Below the pieces are notes generated by a model. The model saw nothing but the letters and a program-made list of their open reading frames with translations, was not told the DNA's origin and ran no database searches. Source: Paraphysomonas bandaiensis (taxonomy: Eukaryota; Protista; Chrysophyceae). From it: 64,000 nucleotides of DNA. The stretch covers positions 2,522-66,521 of the forward strand of contig CBFFRP010000191.1 of the NCBI GenBank assembly GCA_965644295.1, in the 5' to 3' direction. How positions within the stretch are numbered: the first letter of the stretch is position 1; each line of letters opens with the position of its first letter. Made by a program: the position numbers and the translations under genes. Shown in pieces: positions 48,740 to 59,500 of this stretch.

Positions 48740-51700
48740 ATGTCGTCGAAATTCGTGGCGACATATCCAACGACGACTCGGAGGAAGAGGTACCACGAAA
48801 GCTCACGAGCAGGGACAGTAGTACTGTTCATGAAGATGCTGATCAAGGGAACAGGGCTACAGCGACATCATTTATCTAAGACTACCAAAAAGAAGTGTGA
48901 GACCAGTTTGTGCAAGTGGTGTGCTAAGGCGAAGATCACTAGGCATGCATTTCGAGGACAAAGTGACCAGAATGTGGAGATGAAGGCGACAGCATTCCTG
49001 GAGCGTATTACAGTGAATATTTCGGTTTATATGAATTGTCCATCTGTGGAGGGGTATAAGTACGCACTTGTATTTGTAGATACGGCTACGAAAGAATTCT
49101 GGGAATACGGTCTACGAACGAGAACTGGGGATGAAGTGTTAAAATGCGTGAAGCATCTCTGTGAAGTCAGGCTACCAAAATACCCAGGGTGGAACAGGAT
49201 ACAGCAGTACCATGCTGATGGTGGACCAGAGTTGATGGACAGGCGAATTAAAGAATACTTGTTACAAAAATTTGGAACCACATTCTCCTACACTACTAGG
49301 GAGACACCAGAATTAAACGGTGTTTCAGAACGGAAATTCAGGACACTAGGAGAAATGACATTATCACTTTTATTGTCATCGGGTATGCCAAAAGCAGAGT
49401 GGTGGAAAGCCTTTAGACATGCATGCTGGGTTCTTAGGAGATTACCCACAAAGACCTATAGAGGTTGGATGTCACCCTACGAGTGTGTTCCTGGAGGAAC
49501 GGTGCCAGATTTTTCTTGGTTACGGAAATGGGGGTGCAAGGCGTACGTTCTCATCCCGAAGGCAGATCGCAGGAAAGACTGGGAAGAAAAGGCACAGACT
49601 GGATACTTTGTAGGGTTCCCAGAGGAGCAAATGGGATACCAAGTATTGATTGGAGATACTATAGTTACGTCTGTGCATGTTTTATTCGATGAATCTGTGC
49701 CTGAGAGATCGGCGGATTATTATCGAGAAATGGACGAGGCCATGGTTGCTGTGGATCCTCAGGAAAGAAATATTAGAGACTTCGATTACTTAATCGGAAA
49801 GACCCATGAAGATGGCGGCCACCTATACAAGACCACACGAATATTGGTTCGAAAAGGTTTGATTGTAGGGTATAGATCCCTATTGTCTGGTGGTGCGGAG
49901 CAAGTGGAAGATAAGACTCCTATTCACATCGCCGATATACAGCGGATGAGTGAAGACCTTGCAACAAGAGTATCTGCAAGTTCTGGATCTCGTGACGACG
50001 GGACCAGCGGACATTTATCACAGCAGTTGACTGGGACGGTTCCATCCCCTTCTGACTTCGTAAGTGCTCCGGGAGAGGAAGCTCCATCAGATCGCTCATC
50101 AAGGGGCAGGCGTGCAAGGGCTCCAAGGGTGGTGACGAATGTGTCAGTTTTGGGTGAGATGCATTTATTGTCGTCATGTGTCGAAGACGAGTGCAGCCTA
50201 TTACAGGAGGCAGATTCCATCTGGTGCTCGTCAGCGGGACCTAAGGTGCCTCAGACATATTCCGAATCCTTGGAGTTGCCGGAACGGAAGCAATGGAGTT
50301 CAGCAAGACAAGCTGAACGTGACGGTTTAGAACGTAGGGGAGTCATGGAAGTTAAGCCCATCCCTACCGGGGTCACTCCATTGAAATCTAAGTATGTTTT
50401 CGCCTTGAAACGCAACAAAGAGGGTGCGATTCAACGATATAAGGCAAGACTTGTGGTACTTGGATGCGGAGACCATGAAGGTGGCAGAGCCAACAATTAT
50501 GCTCCAGTGGTAAAAGCGGTAACAGTGAGATTGCTTTTAGCAATCGCTTTTGTTATGAATATGGTGGTGCATCAACTCGACGTATCTAATGCATTTTTGT
50601 ATGCAGATATACAAGGAGATGTGTATATGTATGCTACACCAGATTTTAAATTGCCACCAGGACACTGCTTTAAACTGAAGAAAAGTTTATATGGTCTTCG
50701 AAGCTCACCACGGTCATGGTATAAATGTCTTAATAAGTTTATTAAGTCCTTGCATTTTATATCATGTATACTTGACCCATGTTTATATTTTACACGGATC
50801 AGGGGTGAATTAGTTCTGTTAGTAATATATGTAGATGATATGCTGATAGCATGTCGAGATACGAGTATTATTTTGGAAATTAAGCGACGAGTATGTGAAA
50901 GGTTCGATATTACAGATATGAATGAGATTGGCCAGTTTTTGAACGTGAGAGTGACGAGAACTCAGAATTGTCTCAAACTTGACCAAACAGTGTACATCAA
51001 AAAGATATTGGCGAAGTATATGGATTTTCTGGGTCCAAGGGACAAGACTCGGCGATACCCACTACCTAGTGATGTCATGGATAGGATCAAAGTGGGAGTG
51101 GAACATGTGCATTCGACTGAAGAGCAGGAATTAGTTGACAATTTTCCCTATCGTCCACTAATAGGAGCGTTACTTTATTTATCTATGAATACAAGGCCGG
51201 ATATATCATATGCAGTGGGAGTATTGTCACGATTCTCAACGAAAGTGAATATCACTGTATGTAAACTAATGATACATTTAATGCAGTATGTACGAGGTAC
51301 TACGGAAAAAGGCATTCAATATAGAGGGAAAGATTTTGATCTTCATATGTTCACGGATGCTGACTGGGCGGGTGACCCGTTGACGAGGAGATCAACTTCA
51401 GGTTATGTTATGTTTGGAGCTGGTGGACCACTATCGTGGGGTTCCAAACTTCAGTCTACTGTAGCTACATCGACTATGCAAGCAGAGTATCAATGCTTAT
51501 ATAATGGATTACAGGAAATGATATGGTCTCGGGGGGTGACTGGTGAAGTAGGATTGAAAATTGACGAGCCCACACCATTATTCCTGGATAGTCAAAGTGC
51601 TCAGGATATATCGGAAAATCCAGTGCAACATCAACGATCGAAACATATTGAGATTAAGTATCATATGATTAGAGAGCATGTGGATCCCGAACAGTTTAAT

Positions 51701-51874
51701 ACAGCGAAATTAATTCATGTGAGCAGTCGACAACAGATGGCTGATATATATACCAAGGCTTTGAGTGGTCCAATATTCATTGAACAGAGGGAGCGAAATC
51801 TTGGGGAAAAATTTAAGACTACTGCACAAATTATCGCAGAGGTACCCAAGGTAAAGAGAGTTCGTCGTAACTAG
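48740..51874 (+). CDS. pol: Copia Pol fragment: integrase - novel domain - RT - RNase H
   Basis: CKWC, HADGGPEL, PELNGVSER, YKARLV, QLDVSNAFL, YVDD, DADWAG, KHIEIKYH. First integrase Asp reads Asn (TVNIS vs TADIS in Copia-1). Confidence 0.93.
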   Translation: MSSKFVATYPTTTRRKRYHESSRAGTVVLFMKMLIKGTGLQRHHLSKTTKKKCETSLCKWCAKAKITRHAFRGQSDQNVEMKATAFLERITVNISVYMNCPSVEGYKYALVFVDTATKEFWEYGLRTRTGDEVLKCVKHLCEVRLPKYPGWNRIQQYHADGGPELMDRRIKEYLLQKFGTTFSYTTRETPELNGVSERKFRTLGEMTLSLLLSSGMPKAEWWKAFRHACWVLRRLPTKTYRGWMSPYECVPGGTVPDFSWLRKWGCKAYVLIPKADRRKDWEEKAQTGYFVGFPEEQMGYQVLIGDTIVTSVHVLFDESVPERSADYYREMDEAMVAVDPQERNIRDFDYLIGKTHEDGGHLYKTTRILVRKGLIVGYRSLLSGGAEQVEDKTPIHIADIQRMSEDLATRVSASSGSRDDGTSGHLSQQLTGTVPSPSDFVSAPGEEAPSDRSSRGRRARAPRVVTNVSVLGEMHLLSSCVEDECSLLQEADSIWCSSAGPKVPQTYSESLELPERKQWSSARQAERDGLERRGVMEVKPIPTGVTPLKSKYVFALKRNKEGAIQRYKARLVVLGCGDHEGGRANNYAPVVKAVTVRLLLAIAFVMNMVVHQLDVSNAFLYADIQGDVYMYATPDFKLPPGHCFKLKKSLYGLRSSPRSWYKCLNKFIKSLHFISCILDPCLYFTRIRGELVLLVIYVDDMLIACRDTSIILEIKRRVCERFDITDMNEIGQFLNVRVTRTQNCLKLDQTVYIKKILAKYMDFLGPRDKTRRYPLPSDVMDRIKVGVEHVHSTEEQELVDNFPYRPLIGALLYLSMNTRPDISYAVGVLSRFSTKVNITVCKLMIHLMQYVRGTTEKGIQYRGKDFDLHMFTDADWAGDPLTRRSTSGYVMFGAGGPLSWGSKLQSTVATSTMQAEYQCLYNGLQEMIWSRGVTGEVGLKIDEPTPLFLDSQSAQDISENPVQHQRSKHIEIKYHMIREHVDPEQFNTAKLIHVSSRQQMADIYTKALSGPIFIEQRERNLGEKFKTTAQIIAEVPKVKRVRRN

Positions 51875-52367
51875 ATAGAGGTGAATGAATGGTGGGAGCT
51901 AGCTATACCAGCGGAGTCATACGTCCACCAGTGTCCTATGAGGTTCGGTGGTTGCGTATCCGATAGCAATGTTCTTCACAAATTTTAGAATGGTTAACTA
52001 CATCCAATTGAGTGGGAGTGTTGAGTTCTGCAATATGATGTGATATATATTGTGCAATTGAAGTGAGTTAACAGTGTGCAATAGGTAAAGTCAACTCATA
52101 GGTGTAACGGGTGATTATAGTTACAAAGGAATTAAATTCAGTTACTGATGTGTGACTATACAAGATATAGAACTGACTGATGAACATATGATAAACAGAT
52201 GTTGCTATAAGAACAGATGTTTCAACATATGTTACACGAATAATATGTAGTGAAGTGTCCAGAATAATAATCATAATTTCTTACTTGAAAGTGCATTGTG
52301 TTCAACAGCAAGGTTAAGGTTTACGTGAAGAGCAAAGTTAACTTCAGTGAGATGTCCATTGTTAACA

Positions 52368-53200
52368 CTACAGAAGCTGCTTGTGCGTCGCCGCAAGCAC
52401 CAAGGTGCGACCACTTCCGTTCTTGATGTTGATTGCGAGTTGTGACCACGTGGCATCTCGCGTGCCCTACTTATGTGGCTATAGTGCGTTACTACAAGTG
52501 ATACTTCAAGTCTATAATGTTGTGCTTGGAAGCGCAGAGCGCGACTAACTATTAATAACGCATTCATCAGCAGACAACAAATAATCACTCATATTATTAT
52601 TATTCATAGCAAAACACAGAAGTAAAGAACTCGTTCCACGATGACTAAAGCCTCAAGCTTCTCTCATACCTGAACCAGTACTCGGACTGCAGCTCTTCAG
52701 CATTGAATAGGACTCCTAGCATGGCAACCCAGCCTCAGCGACCAGTATGTCAGAGACAGGCCATGCAGACCCTTACACCCGCATCGGAAGTATTGCACAG
52801 ACCCTGCATGCACTGGTCACGGGTAGAAAGTGCATCCAGAGACCATTACCTCCATTTGAGGGTATACGTGGGTGGACTGCCTCTAGTAGTAGGCTCCCAG
52901 GAGGGGGGAGTGTGCTCTGGGCCTGGTTCACCATGCGCTTCATAGGAACTGAAGCCGGTAAACACCCTCCTGCTCCATCGCTAACAAGCTCCAACCAGCT
53001 TGCGCTTAATCTGCCCTTACGGACCATACTGGCCTGCACAGCCTCCTTATGCTCCTTGTTGGGGGGTTCGCTGCCTCATTGAGATGCTGCAACATGCGCT
53101 TATCGAGGTCGTTAGGAGAGACTGCAATGTGAATTATGGTCTACTGGACTCATATGCGACCCTTCGAGAGTCTGTCGGGGGCTCCAGCTGCCTGTGCGAG
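52368..53200 (-). mobile_element. Retroposon copy F: partial shared tail plus a third body, possibly a decayed LINE 3' end
   Basis: 52368-52425 is the reverse complement of the conserved tail core. The GC-richer upstream region reads with stops as ...TLKW..WSLDALSTRDQC...VCMAC, loosely like an L1 C-terminal zinc region. Confidence 0.4.
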
Positions 53201-53569
53201 CAACACTGAGTGAGCTTGCCACACTAACATACACACTCGACTTCAGGTGAAAAAGTCATAAAAATAGATGATTTTATGTCTATTTTTTAGAATATACCAC
53301 TTTTTCAATATTTGGGTATAAATACTGTGTTTTTTATATAAAAAGCCCCCATTCTAAGGTGTCTGTTGTTATACTGTCTGTATACATACATGTATGTCCT
53401 GAACATACTAGTAGAGGGGTGTCTGGTTCCCACAATATGCTCGGATGGTTCTGCTCTGTGGAACTTCGTGCATCCAGCTGGACAATTTTTATCCAAAGAA
53501 CAATAGCGATGCTCGACCATACGACAGTCCCTCGTATGCATTACAAGATGCCCTCATGTGTGTATGTAT

Positions 53570-56500
53570 ATGAATCCACTCATTCTCTGTGTGTTTGTGT
53601 CTCTGATAACACTCACAGTTGCCTCAGTTGTCTCTCAAGAGGCAGCGCTGTGTGACTTCATTCAGGCGACTGATGTTACCTCCGCATGGTCTGAGTGGAC
53701 CTGTGCGGGTGTGGGGAACAAGTGCAGCTTCAGAGGAGTCACCTGCACAGGATCGAACATAACCAGCGTGGACTTATCTGATGATGATATATCAGGATCT
53801 CTCCCCTCATCTATCAGCGATATGACTGCATTGACATATCTGGATATTGGTCACAACTCTCTCATCGGTACACTCCCCTCATCACTGGGTCAGATGACTT
53901 CTCTTAGTTATCTCTATCTAGATGGCAATTCCTTAACGGGTTCTCTCCCCTCATCTATCAGTGACATGACTGCATTGACTTATTTGAATATTGGTTACAA
54001 CTCTCTCTACGGTACACTCCCCTCATCATTGGGTCAGATGACTTCTCTTAGTGATCTATATCTACATTATAATTCCTTAACGGGTCCTCTCCCCTCATCA
54101 CTGGGTCAGATGACTTCTCTTGGCAGACTCTATCTACGTGACAATTCCTTAACGGGATCTCTCCCCTCATCTATCGGTGATATGACTGCATTGACATATC
54201 TGGATATTGGTCACAACTCTCTCAACGGTACACTCCCCTCATCACTGGGTCAGATGACTTCTCTTAGTTATCTCTATCTAGATGGCAATTCCTTAACGGG
54301 TTCTCTCCCCTCATCTATCAGCGATATGACTGCATTGACATATCTGGATATTGGTTACAACTCTCTCAACGGTACACTCCCCTCATCACTGGGTCAGATG
54401 ACTTCTCTTAGTTATCTCCGTCTATCTTCCAATTCCTTAACGGGTCCTCTCCCCTCATCTATCAGTGACATGACTGCATTGACATATTTGGATATTGGTT
54501 CCAACTCTCTCTACGGTACACTCCCCTCATCACTGGGTCAGATGACTTCTCTTAGTTATCTCCGTCTATATGACAATTCCTTAACGGGTTCTCTCCCCTC
54601 ATCTATCGGTGATATGACTGCATTGACATATTTGCATATTGCTGATAACTATCTCATCGGTACACTCCCCTCATCACTGGGTCAGATGACTTCTCTTAGT
54701 TATCTCTATCTAGATGGCAATTCCTTAACGGGTTCTCTCCCCTCATCTATCAGCGATATGACTGCATTGACATATCTGGATATTGGTTACAACTCTCTCA
54801 ACGGTACACTCCCCTCATCACTGGGTCAGATGACTTCTCTTAGTTATCTCCGTCTATCTTCCAATTCCTTAACGGGTCCTCTCCCCTCATCACTGGGTCA
54901 GATGACTTCTCTTACTGATCTCAGTCTACGTGACAATTCCTTTACGGGTCCTCTCCCCTACTCTCTTTCCAGTCTAACTAAATTACGAGTTCTAAGGGGT
55001 GATAGCAATATGTTCACAGGTGTCTACCCTTCCGAGCTATGCACAATGACTAAATTAACAACATTCTACCTCACACAAACCAGTTACCATGAATGCTTGA
55101 GACCCACATCAGCCCCGACCCCTTTCCCTTCAGGACAACCATCTAGTGAACCGACAATTAACCTGGAAGAGGCAGCGCTGTGTGACTTCATTGAGGCGAC
55201 TGATGTTACCTCCAAACGGTCTGAGTGGACCTGTGCGGGTGTGGGGAACAAGTGCAGCTTCACTGGAGTCACCTGCACAGGATCGAACATAGCCAGAGTG
55301 GACTTACATGATGATGATATATCAGGATCCCTCCCCTCATCTATCGGTGATATGTCTGCATTGACGTTTTTGGATATTGCTTACAACTCTCTAATCGGGA
55401 CACTCCCCTCATCACTGGGTCAGATGACTTCTCTTATTGATCTCCGTCTACTTGGCAATTCCTTTACGGGTACTCTCCCCTCATCTATCAGTGATATGAC
55501 GGCATTGATATATTTGAATACTCATTCCAACTCTCTCATCGGTACACTCCCCTCATCATTGGGTCAGCTGAATTCTCTTGGTTTTCTCGATCTATCTTCC
55601 AATTCCTTTACGGGTCCTCTCCCCGACTCTCTTTCCAGTCTAACCAAATTGCAATATCTAAGGGGTGATGGCAATATGTTCTCAGGTGTCTACCCTTCCG
55701 AGCTATGCACAATGACTCAATTAACAACATTCTACCTCACACAAACCAGTTACCATGAATGCTTGAGACCCACACCTGCACCGACTCCTTTCCCTTCAGG
55801 ACAACCATCTAGTGAACCGACAATTAACCTGGAAGAGTCAACGCTATGTGACTTCATTCAGGCGACTGATGTTACCTCCGTATGGTCTGAGTGGACCTGT
55901 GCGGATGTGGGGAACAAGTGCAGCTTCACTGGAGTCACCTGCACAGGATCGAACATAGCCAGGGTGCACTTATATGATGATGATATATCAGGATCTCTCC
56001 CCTCATCACTGGGTCAGATGACTTCTCTTAGTTATCTCAATCTATATTCCAATTCCTTAACGGGTACTCTCCCCTCATCTATCAGTGATATCACTGCATT
56101 GACATATTTGCATATTGGCGTCAACTCTCTCAACGGTACACTCCCCTCATCACTGGGTCTGATGACTTCTCTTAGTAAACTCCTTCTATATGGCAATTCC
56201 TTAACGGGTACACTCCCCTCATCACTGGGTCAGATGACTTCTCTTGTTGATCTCTATCTATCTTCCAATTCCTTTACGGGTCCTCTCCCCGACTCTCTTT
56301 CCAGTCTAACCAAATTACGAATTCTAAGGGGTGAGAACAATATGTTCACAGGTGTCTACCCTTCCGAGCTATGCACAATGACTCAATTATCAACATTCTA
56401 CCTCACACAAACCAGTCACCATGAATGCTTGAGACCCACATCAGCCCCTACCCCTTTCCCTTCAGGACAACCATCTAGTGAACCGACAATTAACCTGGAA

Positions 56501-59500
56501 GAGGCAGCGCTGTGTGACTTCATTGAGGCGACTGATGTTACCTCCAAACGGTCTGAGTGGACCTGTGCGGATGTGGGGAACAAGTGCAGCTTCACTGGAG
56601 TCACCTGCACAGGATCGAACATAACCGGAGTGAACTTATATTTTGATGGTATATCAGGATCTCTCCCCTCATCTATCGGTGACATGACTGCATTGACATA
56701 TTTGAATATTGGTCGCAACTCTCTCATCGGTACACTCCCCTCATCACTGGGTCAGATGACTTCTCTTAGTTATCTATATCTACATTACAATTCCTTAACG
56801 GGTCCTCTCCCCTCATCACTGGGTCAGATGACTTCTCTTAGTGATCTCAATCTACGTGACAATTCCTTAACGGGTCCTCTCCCCTCATCTATCAGCGATA
56901 TGACTGCATTGACATATTTGCATATTGGTCACAACTCTCTCATCGGTACACTCCCCTCATCACTGGATCAGATGACTTCTCTTCGTGAACTCCATCTACG
57001 TGACAATTCCTTAACGGGTCCTCTCCCCGACTCTTTTTCCAGTCTAACTAAATTACGAGTTCTAAGGGGTGATGGCAATATGTTCACAGGTGTCTACCCT
57101 TCCGAGCTATGCACAATGACTCAATTAACAGCATTCTACCTCACACAAACCAGTTACCATGAATGCTTGAGACCCACATCAGCCCCGACCCCTTCCCCTT
57201 CCGCACAACCGACAATTAACCTGGAAGAGGCAGCGCTGTGTGACTTCATTGAGGCGACTGATGTTACCTCCGTATGGTCTGAGTGGACCTGTGCGGATGT
57301 GGGGAACAAGTGCAGCTTCACTGGAGTCACCTGCACAGGATCGAACATAGCCAGAGTGGACTTATATGATGATGGAATATCAGGATCTCTCCCCTCATCA
57401 CTGGGTCAGATGACTTCTCTTAGTGTTCTCAATCTACGTGACAATTCCTTAACGGGTCCTCTCCCCTCATCACTGGGTCAGATGACTTCTCTTAGTGATC
57501 TCCGTCTACATGACAATTCCTTAACGGGTCCTCTCCCCTCATCACTGGGTCAGATGACTTCTCTTAGTGTTCTAAGTCTACATTCCAATTCCTTAACGGG
57601 TACACTCCCCTCATCACTGGGTCAGATGACTTCTCTTAATTATCTCTATCTATATTCCAATTCCTTAACGGGTTCTCTCCCCGACTCTCTTTCCAGTCTA
57701 ACCAAATTGCAACTTCTAAGGGGTGATGGCAATATGTTCACAGGTGTCTACCCTTCCGAGCTATGCACAATGACTCAATTAACAACATTCTACCTCACAC
57801 AAACCAGTTACCATGAATGCTTGAGGCCCACATCAGCACCGACCCCTTTCCCTTCAGGACAACCATCTACCGAACCAACAGGACAGCCATCTCGTCAACC
57901 TAGTGGACAACCATCTGGTCAACCTACAGGTGAGCCATCTGGTGAACCGACAGGACAGCCATCATGCCAACCCACAGGTGAGCCATCTGGTGAACCGACA
58001 GGACAGCCATCTCGTCAACCTAGTGGACAACCATCTGGTCAACCTACAGGTGAGCCATCTGGTGAACCAACAGGACAGCCATCTGGCCAACCTAGTGGAC
58101 AACCATCTGGTGAACCGACAGGACAGCCATCATGCCAACCCACAGGTGAGCCATCTGGTGAACCGACAGGACAGCCATCTCGTCAACCTAGTGGACAACC
58201 ATCTGGTCAACCTAGTGGACCGCCATCTGGTGAACCAACAGGACAGCCATCTGGCCAACCTAGTGGACAACCATCTGGGATCCCTACTGGACAGCCATCA
58301 TGCCAACCCACAGGTGAGCCATCTGGTGAACCGACAGGACAGCCATCTCGTCAACCTAGTGGACAACCATCTGGGATCCCTACTGGGCAGCCATCTGATG
58401 AACCTAGTGGACAACCATCATGTCAACCCACAGGTGAGCCATCTGTGATCTCTACTGGACAGCCATCTGGTGAACCTAGTGGACAGCCATCTGGGATCCC
58501 TACTGGACAGCCATCTAGTGAACCCACAGGACAACCATCTGGCCAACCTAGTGGACCGCCATCTGGGCAACCTATGGGGCAGCCATCTCGTCAACCTAGT
58601 GGACAACCATCTGGCCTACCTAGTGAACCGCCATCTTGTGAACCCACAGGACAGCCATCTGGTGAACCTAGTCGACCGCCATCTAGGATCCCTACTGGAC
58701 AGCCATCATGTCAACCCACAGGTGAGCCATCTGGTGAACCGACAGGACAGCCATCTGGGCAACCTAGTGGACAACCATCTGGGATCCCTACTGGGCAGCC
58801 ATCATGTCAACCCACAGGTGAGCCATCTGGTGAACCGACAGGACAGCCATCTCGTCAACCTAGTGGACAACCATCTGGTCAACCTAGTGGACCGCCATCT
58901 GGGCAACCTACGGGGCAGCCATCATGCCAACCTAGTGGACAACCATCTGGCCTACCTAGTGAACCGCCATCTTGTGAACCCACAGGACAGCCATCTGGGA
59001 TCCCTACTGGACAGCCATCATGTCAACCTAGTGAACCGCCATCTGGTGAACCGACAGGACAGCCATCTGGTCAACCTAGTGGACCGCCATCTGGGCAACC
59101 TACGGGGCAGCCATCATGCCAACCTAGTGGACAACCATCTGGCCTACCTAGTGAATCGCCATCTGGTGAACCCACAGGACAGCCATCTGGGATCCCTACT
59201 GGACAGCCATCTGGTCAACCCAGTGGACAGCCATCTAGTGAACCCACAGGTGAGCCATCTGGTCAACCCAGTGCACAGCCATCAATCGAACCGACAGGAC
59301 AGCCATCATGTCAACCTAGTGGACGACCATCTGGGATCCCTGCTGGACAGCCATCATGTCAACCTAGTGAACCGCCATCTTGTGAACCGACAGGACAGCC
59401 ATCTGGTCAACCTAGTGGACAACCATCTGGGATCCCTACTGGACAGCCATCTAGTGAACCCACATGTGAGCCATCTGGTCAACCTAGTGGACCGCCATCT

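Larger units (their letters stand above)
45232..52367 (+). mobile_element. Ty1/Copia LTR retrotransposon (Copia-2), defective
   Basis: LTRs 45232-47238 (interrupted) and 52019-52367, TGTT...AACA. PBS TGGTAGCGAGTG at 47239-47250 (tRNA-iMet type); PPT TTGAGTGGGAG at 52008-52018; frameshifted gag; IN-RT-RH order. No TSD. Confidence 0.93.

Noticed and set aside
53639-57825. CRISPR array or diversity-generating retroelement interpretation of the 72-bp repeats
   Set aside because: Repeats are in-frame LRR codons with no unique spacers. No cas genes, no separate adenine-rich template repeat and no DGR-type RT are visible; context is eukaryotic.
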